DNA of 61,199 nucleotides, filler included. It is 4 parts of 4 records of this genome, joined end to end, with 100 filler letters (N's around TTAATTAATTAA, not from the genome) between each part and the next. Parts side by side here need not be neighbours in the genome. Positions count along the whole stretch, not along the records: positions 1 to 28,968 come from SRR20825006_2753; 3 more parts are not named here. One strand, given 5' to 3'. Below the pieces are notes generated by a model. The model saw nothing but the letters and a program-made list of their open reading frames with translations, was not told where the DNA came from and did no database searches. Below, piece by piece: positions 17,352-27,236 of this stretch; position 1 is the first letter of the stretch; each line of letters opens with the position of its first letter. Both the position numbers and the translations under genes were made by a program.

Positions 17352-17993
17352 TCAGCTCCGGCTTGCCAGCAGGCGCAGACCTGCGAGGGCGAAGAAGGTG
17401 CCGAGTACGCCCTCAATCACACGGCGCGATTTGCTGTACAGCCCGACCATGACCGGTGTGGAAAACATTACGGCATAGAGAACATGGATGGCGATCGACA
17501 TGATGAAGGTGCCGACGACAATCGCGATGCCGACGGAAAACGGCGCGCCGTCCTGTAACCCAAGAGAGATTATCGCGATCCAGGCCAGCGCGGCTTTCGG
17601 ATTGGTCATCTGGATGATGTATCCGCGTTTGAAATAGCCGGCCGGGCGAAGCCGTGCGCCGCTCAGCTCTTTCGCCTCAATATCGTGCAAGGATGCGGCG
17701 GATTTGAAAAATTTGAAGGCAAGCCAGAGCAAGTAGATGCCGCCAAAGACTTTTATCAACAGAAGCAGTGACGCATAGGCGGTCAAAACTGCAGAGAGAC
17801 CGAAGAGGGTGAGCAAGGCCCATGTGAACGAACCGCTTGCCACCCCCAGCGCCAGGGCAATTCCAGACGGTCTGCCCACGCCCATCGATGTGCCGATCAC
17901 GGCAAGGATGTTGGGTCCGGGACTGGCTATTGCCAAAAGGAAGGTGGAGTAGGCGAGCAAAATACCGGGGAAATAAAAAGCGAGATCCTGCAT
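17352..17993 (-). CDS. LysE/RhtB-family translocator
   Basis: SPGPN, GG.YLLWLA and TNPKA motifs. GGAG RBS. Confidence 0.9.
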   Translation of the reverse strand: MQDLAFYFPGILLAYSTFLLAIASPGPNILAVIGTSMGVGRPSGIALALGVASGSFTWALLTLFGLSAVLTAYASLLLLIKVFGGIYLLWLAFKFFKSAASLHDIEAKELSGARLRPAGYFKRGYIIQMTNPKAALAWIAIISLGLQDGAPFSVGIAIVVGTFIMSIAIHVLYAVMFSTPVMVGLYSKSRRVIEGVLGTFFALAGLRLLASRS

Positions 17994-18019
17994 GGCTTGC
18001 TCCGTATGAATAATTCAAT

Positions 18020-18034
18020 GTTCATGTTTTGTTC
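18020..18034. promoter_or_regulatory. Alphaproteobacterial LexA (SOS) box
   Basis: GTTC-ATGTTTT-GTTC, an exact GTTC-N7-GTTC match, at the predicted transcription start of the lysE-like gene. Confidence 0.7.
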
Positions 18035-18038
18035 TTTT

Positions 18039-18067
18039 AAATTATGACGAAATTCCGCGCGTGTCAA
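18039..18067 (-). promoter_or_regulatory. Sigma70 promoter of lysE-ABM
   Basis: Minus strand TTGACA-N17-TAATTT. Confidence 0.6.
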
Positions 18068-18106
18068 TGGCGCCGTTTCAACGGGCGATCTGACCGGTTG
18101 TTTCCG

Positions 18107-18871
18107 TCATGCAGTCCGATGAGACGAAAGCAGCGCCGTCATTTCCGCTGGTGTCATGCCGGTTACGGATTCCCTGTCCTCGGTCAGAAGAGGGCACCCC
18201 GCAACGCCCCATTGCAGAACGAGATTGCGCCGCTGAAGTGCCGATGCATTTGGGGCGCCTCCATGCAGGACGAGTGGATGGATCGCGACAATGGCACCGG
18301 GCGCGCATGCAGCCGCAACGATGCGGGGATCGTTTGTGTTGATTTCACCGGCTGTGACGGTGTCCTTGTGCGATCCGGCGAGGAAAGCCGTTGCACCATT
18401 GCCGGTCCGCATACCGTCGAGGCAGATCATGATCCGGGCCATTTTCGGCTCTGACGGGCAGATATACTTGTTCGGGAAATCCCGGTGCCAGCTGATGCCG
18501 CTGCCGATTTCCGGGGCTTTCGACGTGATGTTCGCGAAATGCAGCACGATATCCGCTGTGCCGAGCGCCTGCGCGACGATGCCTGTCAGCCGTGTGTCGA
18601 TGATAAACTTCAGCAATCCCGGATCGAACCGTGTGGGGTCGCCGAGGATGAAAACCGCGTCCTGATCCACCGCCAGTTCCCGGCCGTTGCGTTTGCGTGC
18701 TGGCTGCGCCCTTTCGAAGACGCATGCGTCAGACAGATCCGGCTCATTCCCGCTGAGGGCGCGCTGATGCAGGCTATCGACGGCTCCCCGCATCACGGCG
18801 AGATCGTCCTCATCGAAGATCGGGTCCGAGATGGCAAAACCGTCATGTTCGTATGCAGAAAGATTGATCAT
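18107..18871 (-). CDS. Phytanoyl-CoA dioxygenase (PhyH)-family Fe(II)/2OG oxygenase
   Basis: Y..DGF, WHRD facial-triad HxD, ICLD...NGAT.FL.GSH and HG..PN.S...RR motifs. Confidence 0.85.
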   Translation of the reverse strand: MINLSAYEHDGFAISDPIFDEDDLAVMRGAVDSLHQRALSGNEPDLSDACVFERAQPARKRNGRELAVDQDAVFILGDPTRFDPGLLKFIIDTRLTGIVAQALGTADIVLHFANITSKAPEIGSGISWHRDFPNKYICPSEPKMARIMICLDGMRTGNGATAFLAGSHKDTVTAGEINTNDPRIVAAACAPGAIVAIHPLVLHGGAPNASALQRRNLVLQWGVAGCPLLTEDRESVTGMTPAEMTALLSSHRTA

Positions 18872-18995
18872 TAACCGGTCTTTTCAGGGCGTGCGCAAAG
18901 TTTAAACTGGAAGCCTGTGCGTCAGATCGCAAATGCTATCAGACTTGAGCGCCAGACTTCTTGTTCCCCGCCGGGCAACCTGTTAGGTGAAGGCC

Positions 18996-19661
18996 ATGCA
19001 GCAGAACACACGAATCGCACCCTCCATCCTGGCGGCGGATTTCGCCCGGTTAGGAGCGGAAATCGAAGCCATCGACAAGGCTGGCGCCGATTATATCCAT
19101 GTCGACGTGATGGACGGCCATTTCGTCCCGAACATCTCCTTTGGGCCGGCCGTGACCAAGGCCGTGCGCGGCAGCACGGCGAAGACATTCGACGTGCATC
19201 TGATGATCTCGCCTGTCGATCCCTTCATCGAAGCCTTTGTCGATGCCGGTGCGGATATCATTACCGTGCATCCGGAGGCGGGCGCCCATACCCATCGCAC
19301 GCTGCAACTGATCAAATCCTTCGGCAAGAAGGCGGGGATCTCGCTGAACCCGGGCACACCGGTCGAGGTGGTGGATAACCTGATCGATCTCTGCGACCTG
19401 ATCCTGATCATGTCGGTGAATCCCGGCTTTGGCGGGCAGAAATTCATCGACAGCCAGTTGCGCAAAATCGAGGCGGTGCGGAAAAAGATCGACGCCACGG
19501 GCCGGACCATCGACCTCGAGGTCGATGGCGGGGTGACGATCGAGACGGCGCCGGGCTGTATTTCCGCCGGTGCCGACGTGCTGGTTGCCGGGACCGCTGT
19601 CTTCAGGGGCGGGCCGGATTCCTATGCCGCGAATATAGCGGCCATTCGCGGTGAAAAGTGA
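18996..19661 (+). CDS. rpe: Ribulose-phosphate 3-epimerase
   Basis: [36 protein letters not shown] and EVDGG motifs. Confidence 0.97.
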   Translation: MQQNTRIAPSILAADFARLGAEIEAIDKAGADYIHVDVMDGHFVPNISFGPAVTKAVRGSTAKTFDVHLMISPVDPFIEAFVDAGADIITVHPEAGAHTHRTLQLIKSFGKKAGISLNPGTPVEVVDNLIDLCDLILIMSVNPGFGGQKFIDSQLRKIEAVRKKIDATGRTIDLEVDGGVTIETAPGCISAGADVLVAGTAVFRGGPDSYAANIAAIRGEK

Positions 19662-19688
19662 GTTTCTGCTGAGCCTTTGGGGGCGGGC

Positions 19689-21311
19689 ATGCGGACATTA
19701 AAGGAGCTCTATTTCGCCTCGCCGGTTTATCGCTGGCGCCTTGCGGCGAAGCCATTGCTCGGACTCAATGACCGGCTATCGGACGATCTGCCGGGGGACA
19801 CCTCGATAGGGCGTGCGATCCTGGACGGGCGCATGTCTTATGCGAACGGCAGCTTTACCCTTGAAGCGGACCCGTGGATCAAGGAGCCGGGAGAGCCCGG
19901 CGCGCTGGAACATCTGCACGGCTTTTGCTGGCTGCGCGATTTGCGCGATCTTGGCGGCGAGGCGGCCCGGCTGCGCGCCCGCGATCTGGTCGATGGCTGG
20001 CTGGCCCGGCATGACGAATGGGATGCACTGTTGTGGCGCCCTGATATTCTCGGCGCGCGGCTGTCTTCCTGGATCGGAAATTACGACTTTTTCGGCGGTT
20101 CGGCGGACGACGAGTTCCGTGCCGATTTCTTCCAGTCCATTGGCCGCCAATACAGACATCTGGTCGGCGATATCGAGGCCTCGGCGCCGGGCGCCCGGCG
20201 CCTGCTGGCGGCCAAGGGCCTGTTCGCGGCCATGGCAGTGATCGGCGAAGGCTCCGGCAAGTTCGATCAGGCCCTGCAATGGCTGCATCGTGAGCTCGAC
20301 CGTCAGGTCGCTGCCGATGGCGGCCATGTTTCCCGTTCGCCCGCCATGCAGGTCTCCGTACTCGCCGATCTGGTCGAGATCAGGAAAGCGCTGCGTCTGG
20401 CCGGACATGCCGACGAGGCTCTGGACGAGCGCATTTCCATGATGACGGCGATGCTCCGGCTGTTGCGCCATGGCGATGGCGGCCTGGCTTTGTTCAATCA
20501 TGCGACAGAAGGCGAGGTCTGGTTCATCGACAGCCTGATCGCGCAGGCGGAAACCAAGCGGAAATCACTGGCCTCGGCCCCGGATAGCGGATTCGAGAGA
20601 CTGGTTGCCGGGCGGACCTGTCTGATCATGGATACCGGCAAGCCGTCCTCGGCGGATCACGCGGCGCATGCCGGTCTGTTGTCTTTCGAGCTCAGCATCG
20701 GCAAGCAGCGGATGATCGTGAATTGCGGCGCCAGCCCGGCAGATCCGAAATGGGATGGCGCGCTCCGGGCCACGGCGGCGCATTCCACCCTCGTGGTTGA
20801 TGATCGTAACGCGGCCGAGATCGAGGTGGATGGCCTGACCGGCACCCGCCCGGCGCATGTCCGGTCTGAGCGTTCTGAAAACGATGGTGACATGCTGATC
20901 GAGGCGGAGCATGACGGTTATCTGCCGACCCATGGCCTGAAGCATTTCCGCCGGGTCTATCTGTCCCATGCGGGGGACGATCTCAGGGTTGAGGACCGGC
21001 TTGTCTATACAGGCGATCCCGGCGACCTGCCGAAGGAAGCCTGTATCCGCCTGCACCTGCATCCGAAAGTCCGCACCTCCATCATCCAGAGCGGATCGGC
21101 CGCTTTGATCCGGCTTGGCAGCGGCTCCGGCTGGCGCCTGCGCTGCGATCGCGGGCTTGCCCTGAACGAGAGTGTCTATTTCGGGCGGGGCGGCCAGTTC
21201 CAGCGTTGCGAGCAGTTGGTTATCCGTGAGCCGCTGGACAATATCAGGGCGACCGGAGAGGTTACGATCCGCTGGGCCCTGCAACGCGAGGACGCCAAGA
21301 CGGCCGGATGA
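19689..21311 (+). CDS. Heparinase II/III-family protein
   Basis: LHGF.WLRDL, DGGH.SRSP, HGDGGLALFN, HAG.LSFE and R.TAAHST motifs, in the usual position after rpe. Confidence 0.85.
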   Translation: MRTLKELYFASPVYRWRLAAKPLLGLNDRLSDDLPGDTSIGRAILDGRMSYANGSFTLEADPWIKEPGEPGALEHLHGFCWLRDLRDLGGEAARLRARDLVDGWLARHDEWDALLWRPDILGARLSSWIGNYDFFGGSADDEFRADFFQSIGRQYRHLVGDIEASAPGARRLLAAKGLFAAMAVIGEGSGKFDQALQWLHRELDRQVAADGGHVSRSPAMQVSVLADLVEIRKALRLAGHADEALDERISMMTAMLRLLRHGDGGLALFNHATEGEVWFIDSLIAQAETKRKSLASAPDSGFERLVAGRTCLIMDTGKPSSADHAAHAGLLSFELSIGKQRMIVNCGASPADPKWDGALRATAAHSTLVVDDRNAAEIEVDGLTGTRPAHVRSERSENDGDMLIEAEHDGYLPTHGLKHFRRVYLSHAGDDLRVEDRLVYTGDPGDLPKEACIRLHLHPKVRTSIIQSGSAALIRLGSGSGWRLRCDRGLALNESVYFGRGGQFQRCEQLVIREPLDNIRATGEVTIRWALQREDAKTAG

Positions 21312-21356
21312 CAATCGGCTGGCCCTTTTGGCCCGCGGAACGCTATAAGAGCGCCC

Positions 21357-22382
21357 ATGCAACTGCTTACAGCCCTTGTTTTTTTCGGTGTTCTGTTCGT
21401 CGCGTCTCTGGCTGGCACGCGCGCGCTGATCACTGTGCTGACGCGCCGTGCCGTGATCGATGTTCCGAACGAGCGCAGCAGCCACGTTGTGCCGAAGCCG
21501 CGCGGCGGCGGGATTGCCGTTGTCACGGTGATGCTCGCCGGCTGGATCGGCTGGTTGGCCCTGCAAGGCGCTCTTGATGGCAAGTTTCTGTTGATTGCCG
21601 GATTGACCGCCGGCCTCGCCATGCTCTCCTTCATTGACGATATGAAGAACCTGCCGGCGCGGCTACGGCTGCTGGTGCAGGCGCTGGCTGTTGCCGCCGG
21701 ATTGATGGTGACGGTCCCGGACACGGGTTTCACCGGCGGTCTGATCCCGGTCTGGGTCGAGCTTCCGGTTGCGGGCTTTGCCTGGCTCTGGTTCGTCAAT
21801 CTTTTCAACTTCATGGATGGCATTGACGGGATCACCGGGGTCGAGACGATCAGTATAGGCAGCGGCCTGATCGGATTGACTGTGATCGGCGGCATCGGCG
21901 CTTCTATCCAGCTTCCGGCGCTGGCGATGGTTGCGGCGATTGCCGGTTTCCTGGTCTGGAACTGGCAGCCCTCGAAGATTTTCATCGGCGATGTCGCCTC
22001 AATCCCGCTCGGTTTTCTGGCGGGCTGGATGCTGCTGGAGACGGGCGCGGCCTCCGGCGGGCTTTCGGGGTGGGCGGCGGTCTTGTTGTTACCGGGATAT
22101 TACCTGTTCGATGCGACCTTCACGCTGGTCAGGCGCGTGCTCCGGCGGGAAAATGTTTTCGAGGCGCACCGCCAGCATTTCTACCAGCAGGCGACACAGC
22201 GGGGCTTCAGTCATGCCGGTGCCTGTCTTGCCATACTGGCGCTGAATATCGGTCTGATTGCGTTGGCCTTGTTCGTGGCGCCGGTTTATCCACTGTCTTC
22301 CGTGGCCATTGGCCTCGGTGCCGTCATCCTGCTCTGTCTGCTTTTTCACAAGGGCAGAGTGAAGGCGGAGGCGGCGGTCTGA
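21357..22382 (+). CDS. Glycosyltransferase family 4 (WecA/WbpL-like polyprenyl-phosphate HexNAc-1-P transferase)
   Basis: PNERSSH..P.PRGGG, IDD, NFMDGIDG, IF.GD and AHRQH.YQ motifs. Confidence 0.9.
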   Translation: MQLLTALVFFGVLFVASLAGTRALITVLTRRAVIDVPNERSSHVVPKPRGGGIAVVTVMLAGWIGWLALQGALDGKFLLIAGLTAGLAMLSFIDDMKNLPARLRLLVQALAVAAGLMVTVPDTGFTGGLIPVWVELPVAGFAWLWFVNLFNFMDGIDGITGVETISIGSGLIGLTVIGGIGASIQLPALAMVAAIAGFLVWNWQPSKIFIGDVASIPLGFLAGWMLLETGAASGGLSGWAAVLLLPGYYLFDATFTLVRRVLRRENVFEAHRQHFYQQATQRGFSHAGACLAILALNIGLIALALFVAPVYPLSSVAIGLGAVILLCLLFHKGRVKAEAAV

Positions 22383-22476
22383 CATGGTTTTCGGCGTGCC
22401 GGGGCAGACGCCCCCAGGCATCTGGTTTAAGGTCGTTGGCGTTTCGGGTCCGTTTGGGGCGGGGAAGTGATGAGCG

Positions 22477-24438
22477 ATGACAATGTTCGGGTCTAAGCGC
22501 AGTTTTCTGACCTTCCTGCATGATGTCGGGATGGCGGCGCTGTCTTTCCTGATCTCGCTGACCTTACGGCTCGGTCAGGACATCCTTGTCTGGCCGCGTG
22601 AGGTGGTCGGATTCGGCCTGGTGGCCTTCACCGCCGTTGCCGCCCTGGTGTTCTTCTCCATGCGCCTTGACCGGACGGTCTGGCGCTATGCGTCGATGAG
22701 CGACCTCAGCCGGATTGTCCGGGCGGTGGTTGTCTGTATTGCGCTGTTCCTTGTCGTGCAGTTTCTGGCGACCCGGCTGGACGATTTTCCGCGCTCTTTC
22801 CTGATCATCGAGTTCTTCGTCCTGACATTGCTGCTGGCCGGCCCGCGCTTCGCCTACAGGCTGGTCAAGGATGGTGCCTTCTCCAGCCTGTTCGAACGCA
22901 ATGCGGCAGGCCGGGTGCCGGTGCTGCTGATCGGCGCCGGGGACGGCTCGGACGCCTTTATCCGCGAGATGGGCCGGGAGAAGGACGCGCCGTACCGGGT
23001 TGTCGGCATCGTCGACGATCTTGGTGGCCGAGTTGGCCGTATGATCCGGGGCATACAGGTACTGGGTACGCTGGATGAGCTGGAAAAGGTCGTGGCTGAT
23101 CTGCGCAAGCGGGACACGGCACCGCAACGGCTCGTCATTACCCGGCAATCCATCGAGGGTGTTGTCATCCGGGATCTGCTGGACAGGGCGAATTCTCTTG
23201 GCCTTGCGGTTGGCCGGATGCCGAAGATGGCGTCGCTGGAAGGCGCTGACGAGCCATCCGAAACAGTGCGTTCCGTCAGCGTGGAAGACCTGCTTGGACG
23301 CCCCCAGAAGGTTCTCGACCGCAAAGGGGTTTCGGACCTGATCGGCGGCCGCAAGGTGATGATCACCGGGGCCGGGGGAACGATCGGCGGGGAGCTTTCG
23401 CGCCAGATCGCAGCCCTTGCTCCGTCCGAGATCGCCTTGCTCGATGCGGGCGAGTTCCAGCTCTATCAGATCGATCTGGAAATCTCCGAAAAATTCCCGG
23501 ACCTGCCACGCAAGGCACTGCTTGCCGATGTCCGCGATGCACAGTCAGTTGATGAGCGGATCTCCGGCTTCGCGCCGGATATCGTCTTTCACGCGGCGGC
23601 GCTGAAGCATGTGCCGCTGGTCGAGGCAAATCCGACCGACGGGGTGATGACCAATGTCATCGGCACCCGCAATGTGGCGGATGCCGTCGCGCGGCATGGC
23701 GTGGGCGAGATGGTGCTGATCTCCACTGACAAGGCGGTGAACCCGACCAATGTCATGGGCGCCACCAAGCGGACGGCCGAGGCCTATTGCCAGGCCAAGG
23801 ACCGGGAAGAGGCCCGCCGGGGTGGGCCGCGCTATGTCACCGTCCGGTTTGGTAACGTGCTTGGCTCGACCGGCTCGGTCATTCCATTGTTCAAACGTCA
23901 GCTGGCCCGGGGCGGCCCTCTGACCGTGACCCATCCGGACATGACCCGCTATTTCATGACCGTGCGCGAGGCGGTGGAGCTGGTGCTGCAGGCGGCCGCC
24001 ATGGATGCGAGCGCGAGTGCCGATACGCGGGAGAGCGGCGCCATCTGCGTGCTCGATATGGGCGAGCCGGTGAAGATCGCCGATCTGGCCGCGCAGATGA
24101 TCCGCCTGTCCGGTCTTACGCCCGGTATCGATATAGAGATTTCCTATACCGGCCCGCGCCCGGGAGAAAAGCTTTTCGAGGAACTGTTCCACGATGCCGA
24201 GGCCTTGATCGCAACAGAGATCGAGGGCATCCACCGGGCCTCGCCGCGCACTGCCGATCTGGCGGTGCTATCCCGCGTGCTTGACGAGATCGAAGCGAGC
24301 GGGCGTCAGCGCAATGGCGATCAGGTGCTGGGACTGTTGGCCCGGCTTGTGCCGGAATTCAGCGGGCAGACGGGTTCGGCGGCAGGGCAGCCGGAAAAAC
24401 ATGCTCCCGAAGCGCGTGCAGTCGAGCGTCCGGCCTAG
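22477..24438 (+). CDS. NDP-sugar 4,6-dehydratase (CapD/WbpM/PglF family)
   Basis: N-terminal TMs, then ITGAGGTIGGE, HAAALKHVP, STDKAVNPT.VMGATKR, VRFGNVLGS and RPGEKLFEEL. Confidence 0.93.
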   Translation: MTMFGSKRSFLTFLHDVGMAALSFLISLTLRLGQDILVWPREVVGFGLVAFTAVAALVFFSMRLDRTVWRYASMSDLSRIVRAVVVCIALFLVVQFLATRLDDFPRSFLIIEFFVLTLLLAGPRFAYRLVKDGAFSSLFERNAAGRVPVLLIGAGDGSDAFIREMGREKDAPYRVVGIVDDLGGRVGRMIRGIQVLGTLDELEKVVADLRKRDTAPQRLVITRQSIEGVVIRDLLDRANSLGLAVGRMPKMASLEGADEPSETVRSVSVEDLLGRPQKVLDRKGVSDLIGGRKVMITGAGGTIGGELSRQIAALAPSEIALLDAGEFQLYQIDLEISEKFPDLPRKALLADVRDAQSVDERISGFAPDIVFHAAALKHVPLVEANPTDGVMTNVIGTRNVADAVARHGVGEMVLISTDKAVNPTNVMGATKRTAEAYCQAKDREEARRGGPRYVTVRFGNVLGSTGSVIPLFKRQLARGGPLTVTHPDMTRYFMTVREAVELVLQAAAMDASASADTRESGAICVLDMGEPVKIADLAAQMIRLSGLTPGIDIEISYTGPRPGEKLFEELFHDAEALIATEIEGIHRASPRTADLAVLSRVLDEIEASGRQRNGDQVLGLLARLVPEFSGQTGSAAGQPEKHAPEARAVERPA

Positions 24439-24938
24439 AGGCTGAGAGCGCGGATGATTTCATCGGCCGCCTGTTCGGCGGTGCATGTCGCCGTATCGAT
24501 CCGGAGATCGGCTCCGGCCCAGGGGTGATAATCCCGGGCCATCACTTTCTGCCAGTCGGGCAGGGCCTTGCCGGGAATATCGGCATGCCGGGTCTCGACG
24601 CGCCGCCGGTGTTCCGCTTCATCGGAACAATAAAGTTCCACACCGAAAAAACTGCTCCCGGCTGTGCGTGCGGCTTTGGTGAAGGTGTCTCTGGTCAGCT
24701 GCCACGGGTTCACGCAATCGACGATGGCGCTGAGCCCAAGGGTGAGGTTTGAGACGGCGAGAGCTGCGGCGATATGATAGCCCTGAGGGCCGATATCCTG
24801 TCCGGGAGCGTCCGCCATCAGGACGGCTTCAATCTCGTCAACGCGAAGATAGGGAATGCCCTGTTGCCGGGCGAGCTGCCGCGCAATGGTCGTTTTACCG
24901 ACCCCGGGCAGGCCGGCGAAAGAGACCAGTGTGTGCAT
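24435..24938 (-). CDS. Small P-loop kinase (AAA_33-like)
   Basis: GLPGVGKT Walker A, RVDEIE, IVDCVNP and H.RRVE.R lid. Confidence 0.8.
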   Translation of the reverse strand: MHTLVSFAGLPGVGKTTIARQLARQQGIPYLRVDEIEAVLMADAPGQDIGPQGYHIAAALAVSNLTLGLSAIVDCVNPWQLTRDTFTKAARTAGSSFFGVELYCSDEAEHRRRVETRHADIPGKALPDWQKVMARDYHPWAGADLRIDTATCTAEQAADEIIRALSL

Positions 24939-24964
24939 GCGCGCCTTGCAATTTTGTTCCCGGC

Positions 24965-25882
24965 TCAGACATCTGTTGTATCGATTTCCGGAGTGCCCGT
25001 CAGATAGGATTTATGCTGTTTTCTGAACTGGGTTGGCGTCAGGCCGGTTCCGGTGGCGAAGAAGCGGCTGAAATAGGCCTGGTCTTCAAAGCCGAGGCCG
25101 TAGGCGACTTCCGCGACGGACCGGGCCGTGTAGAGCAGGTCTCGTTGCGCTTCGAGCAGGGTGCGCTGCTTTAGTATCTCGAGCGGCGTGCGTCCGGAGC
25201 GCGCCTGTGTCGCCCGGCGCAAGGTGCGCTCGGATGTTGCCAGACGTTCCGCATAATCCGTAATCGTGAGCTGATCCCGGAAGCACTCTTCCACCAGTGT
25301 CCGGAACCGTTCGAACAGATTGTCCGGCACGGTGGCGTCGTTCCTGGACCCTCGCACGCTTTCGGTGAGCCGGATGAACAGGCCGAGGATGCGGAGCAGG
25401 TCCGCTGCCACAAGGGCGTGTTTGCCGGCTTGCTCCCGCCTGCTTTCAAGAAACACCCGCTCGCAGGCCAGCCGTATTTCTTCAACCGTTCCCAGATCTT
25501 CGGCAAGCGGCACAATGGCTGATGTCCGGATGGCATCCCGTGCCGCCGCGTCACCCGCATGCCCGACCAGTTCGCTCAGATAGGCTTCCGCGATTGTCAG
25601 GACATAGCCTTGCGTGTCCGGCCTGAAAACATAGCCATGAATGGCGTTCGGCGTGACGGCTGTCAGGGCGGGCGCGACGAGGCGGGCTGTCGAACCCTCA
25701 AGCTGCATCTCGGCGGCGCCTGCGGTGAGCAGCAGGAACTGGAAAAGTTCCGGGTGCCGGTGTGGCCGGATTGTCCAATCATTCTCCCGACTGCGCATCG
25801 GGATCGTTTCAATATGCAGGAAACGCGGCTCCACAATGCCATCACCATCCAGATAAAGATTGAAGGAAGGGATGGAGTTCAT
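24965..25882 (-). CDS. pobR: AraC-family regulator PobR
   Basis: LHIETI..RS..NDW.I.PHRH cupin plus AraC HTH (VAY.LGF.D..YFSRFF), divergent from pobA. Confidence 0.85.
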   Translation of the reverse strand: MNSIPSFNLYLDGDGIVEPRFLHIETIPMRSRENDWTIRPHRHPELFQFLLLTAGAAEMQLEGSTARLVAPALTAVTPNAIHGYVFRPDTQGYVLTIAEAYLSELVGHAGDAAARDAIRTSAIVPLAEDLGTVEEIRLACERVFLESRREQAGKHALVAADLLRILGLFIRLTESVRGSRNDATVPDNLFERFRTLVEECFRDQLTITDYAERLATSERTLRRATQARSGRTPLEILKQRTLLEAQRDLLYTARSVAEVAYGLGFEDQAYFSRFFATGTGLTPTQFRKQHKSYLTGTPEIDTTDV

Positions 25883-26034
25883 AAGGAATTTGCCGATTTC
25901 TGGGGCGCGCATTATCGGTGCGCAGATTTCTAATAAAGATCAATTTGGCCGGAAAATGCAATTCTTTGTCCTGAACCTCTCTTAGCGGTTCCCGCTTTCC
26001 CGGATAAAATTCGAGATGTTCGGGAGGATTGAAA

Positions 26035-27210
26035 ATGAAAACCCAGGTCGCGATCATCGGTGCCGGGCCCGCCGGTCTGCTGCTTGCTCAGCTATTGCGC
26101 CAGAGTGGCGTGGAGTCCGTTATTCTTGAAGCGCGGTCGGAGGAGTATGTGCTCAGCCGGATCCGCGCGGGCGTGCTGGAGCATCCGACGGTCGAGCTGT
26201 TGCACTCCATTGGTGCCGGTGAACGGCTTGGCCGGGAGGGCATGCCCCATGACGGGGTGGACATGATCTTTCGCGGGGAGAAGCGACGCATAGATTTCCC
26301 TGCATTGACCGGCGGCAAGAAGGTCACGGTCTATGGCCAGCAGGAGGTCGTGAAGGACCTGATCGCGCTAAAGAAGGATTTCGACGGGCAGATCCTGTTC
26401 GAGGCCGAGAATGTCCAGCTGCATGACATTGAAAGTGACAGCCCGTCGGTAAGCTTCTCCCGGCAGGGTGAGGATGTGGTGCTGTCCTGCGATTTCATCG
26501 CCGGATGTGATGGTTTCCACGGAGTGTCGCGCCCGTCCATCCCGGCCGGCCGGCTGCGGATGTTCGAGAAAATCTATCCCTTTGCCTGGCTTGGCATTCT
26601 GGCGGAAGCGCCGCCGGCCCAGGATGAGCTGATCTATTCCTATCACGAGAACGGCTTTGCCCTGTTCAGCATGCGCTCGCCGGAAGTCACGCGGCTCTAT
26701 CTGCAATGCGATCCGGAAGAAAATCTCGATGAATGGCCCGATGAACGGGTCTGGAGCGAACTTCACACGCGACTGGAATCCGGAGACGGCTTCCGGGTGA
26801 ATGAAGGCACGGTCCTGCGCAAGGACGTGACACCGATGCGCAGTTTCGTGTGCGAAACCATGCGCCACGGGCGCCTTTTCCTGGCAGGCGACGCCGCGCA
26901 TATCGTGCCGCCGACCGGCGCCAAGGGCCTGAACCTCGCTGCCGGTGACGTGAAGGTGCTGAATGATGCGCTGGTGGCCTTCTTCAAGGGCGGCTCAGCC
27001 GATTTGTTGGATGCCTATGAGGCAACAGCACTGAAGCGCGTCTGGGCGGCGCAACGGTTCTCCTGGTTCATGACCCGCCTGCTGCACAAGTTCCCGGACG
27101 GCGAGCCGTTCGACGCTGAAATGCAGATCGCGGACCTTGATTACTTCACCGGCTCGGAAGCGGGGCGGAAGACCATCGCGGAAAATTACGTGGGTCTTCC
27201 GTTCGGTTGA
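26035..27210 (+). CDS. pobA: 4-hydroxybenzoate 3-monooxygenase
   Basis: MKTQVAIIGAGP, RIRAGVLE, VYGQ, GCDGFHGVSR, GDAAHIVPPTGAKGLNLA and AENYVGLP. Confidence 0.97.
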   Translation: MKTQVAIIGAGPAGLLLAQLLRQSGVESVILEARSEEYVLSRIRAGVLEHPTVELLHSIGAGERLGREGMPHDGVDMIFRGEKRRIDFPALTGGKKVTVYGQQEVVKDLIALKKDFDGQILFEAENVQLHDIESDSPSVSFSRQGEDVVLSCDFIAGCDGFHGVSRPSIPAGRLRMFEKIYPFAWLGILAEAPPAQDELIYSYHENGFALFSMRSPEVTRLYLQCDPEENLDEWPDERVWSELHTRLESGDGFRVNEGTVLRKDVTPMRSFVCETMRHGRLFLAGDAAHIVPPTGAKGLNLAAGDVKVLNDALVAFFKGGSADLLDAYEATALKRVWAAQRFSWFMTRLLHKFPDGEPFDAEMQIADLDYFTGSEAGRKTIAENYVGLPFG

Positions 27211-27236
27211 CTGAAACCTGAAGGATGCCGCCAGGG

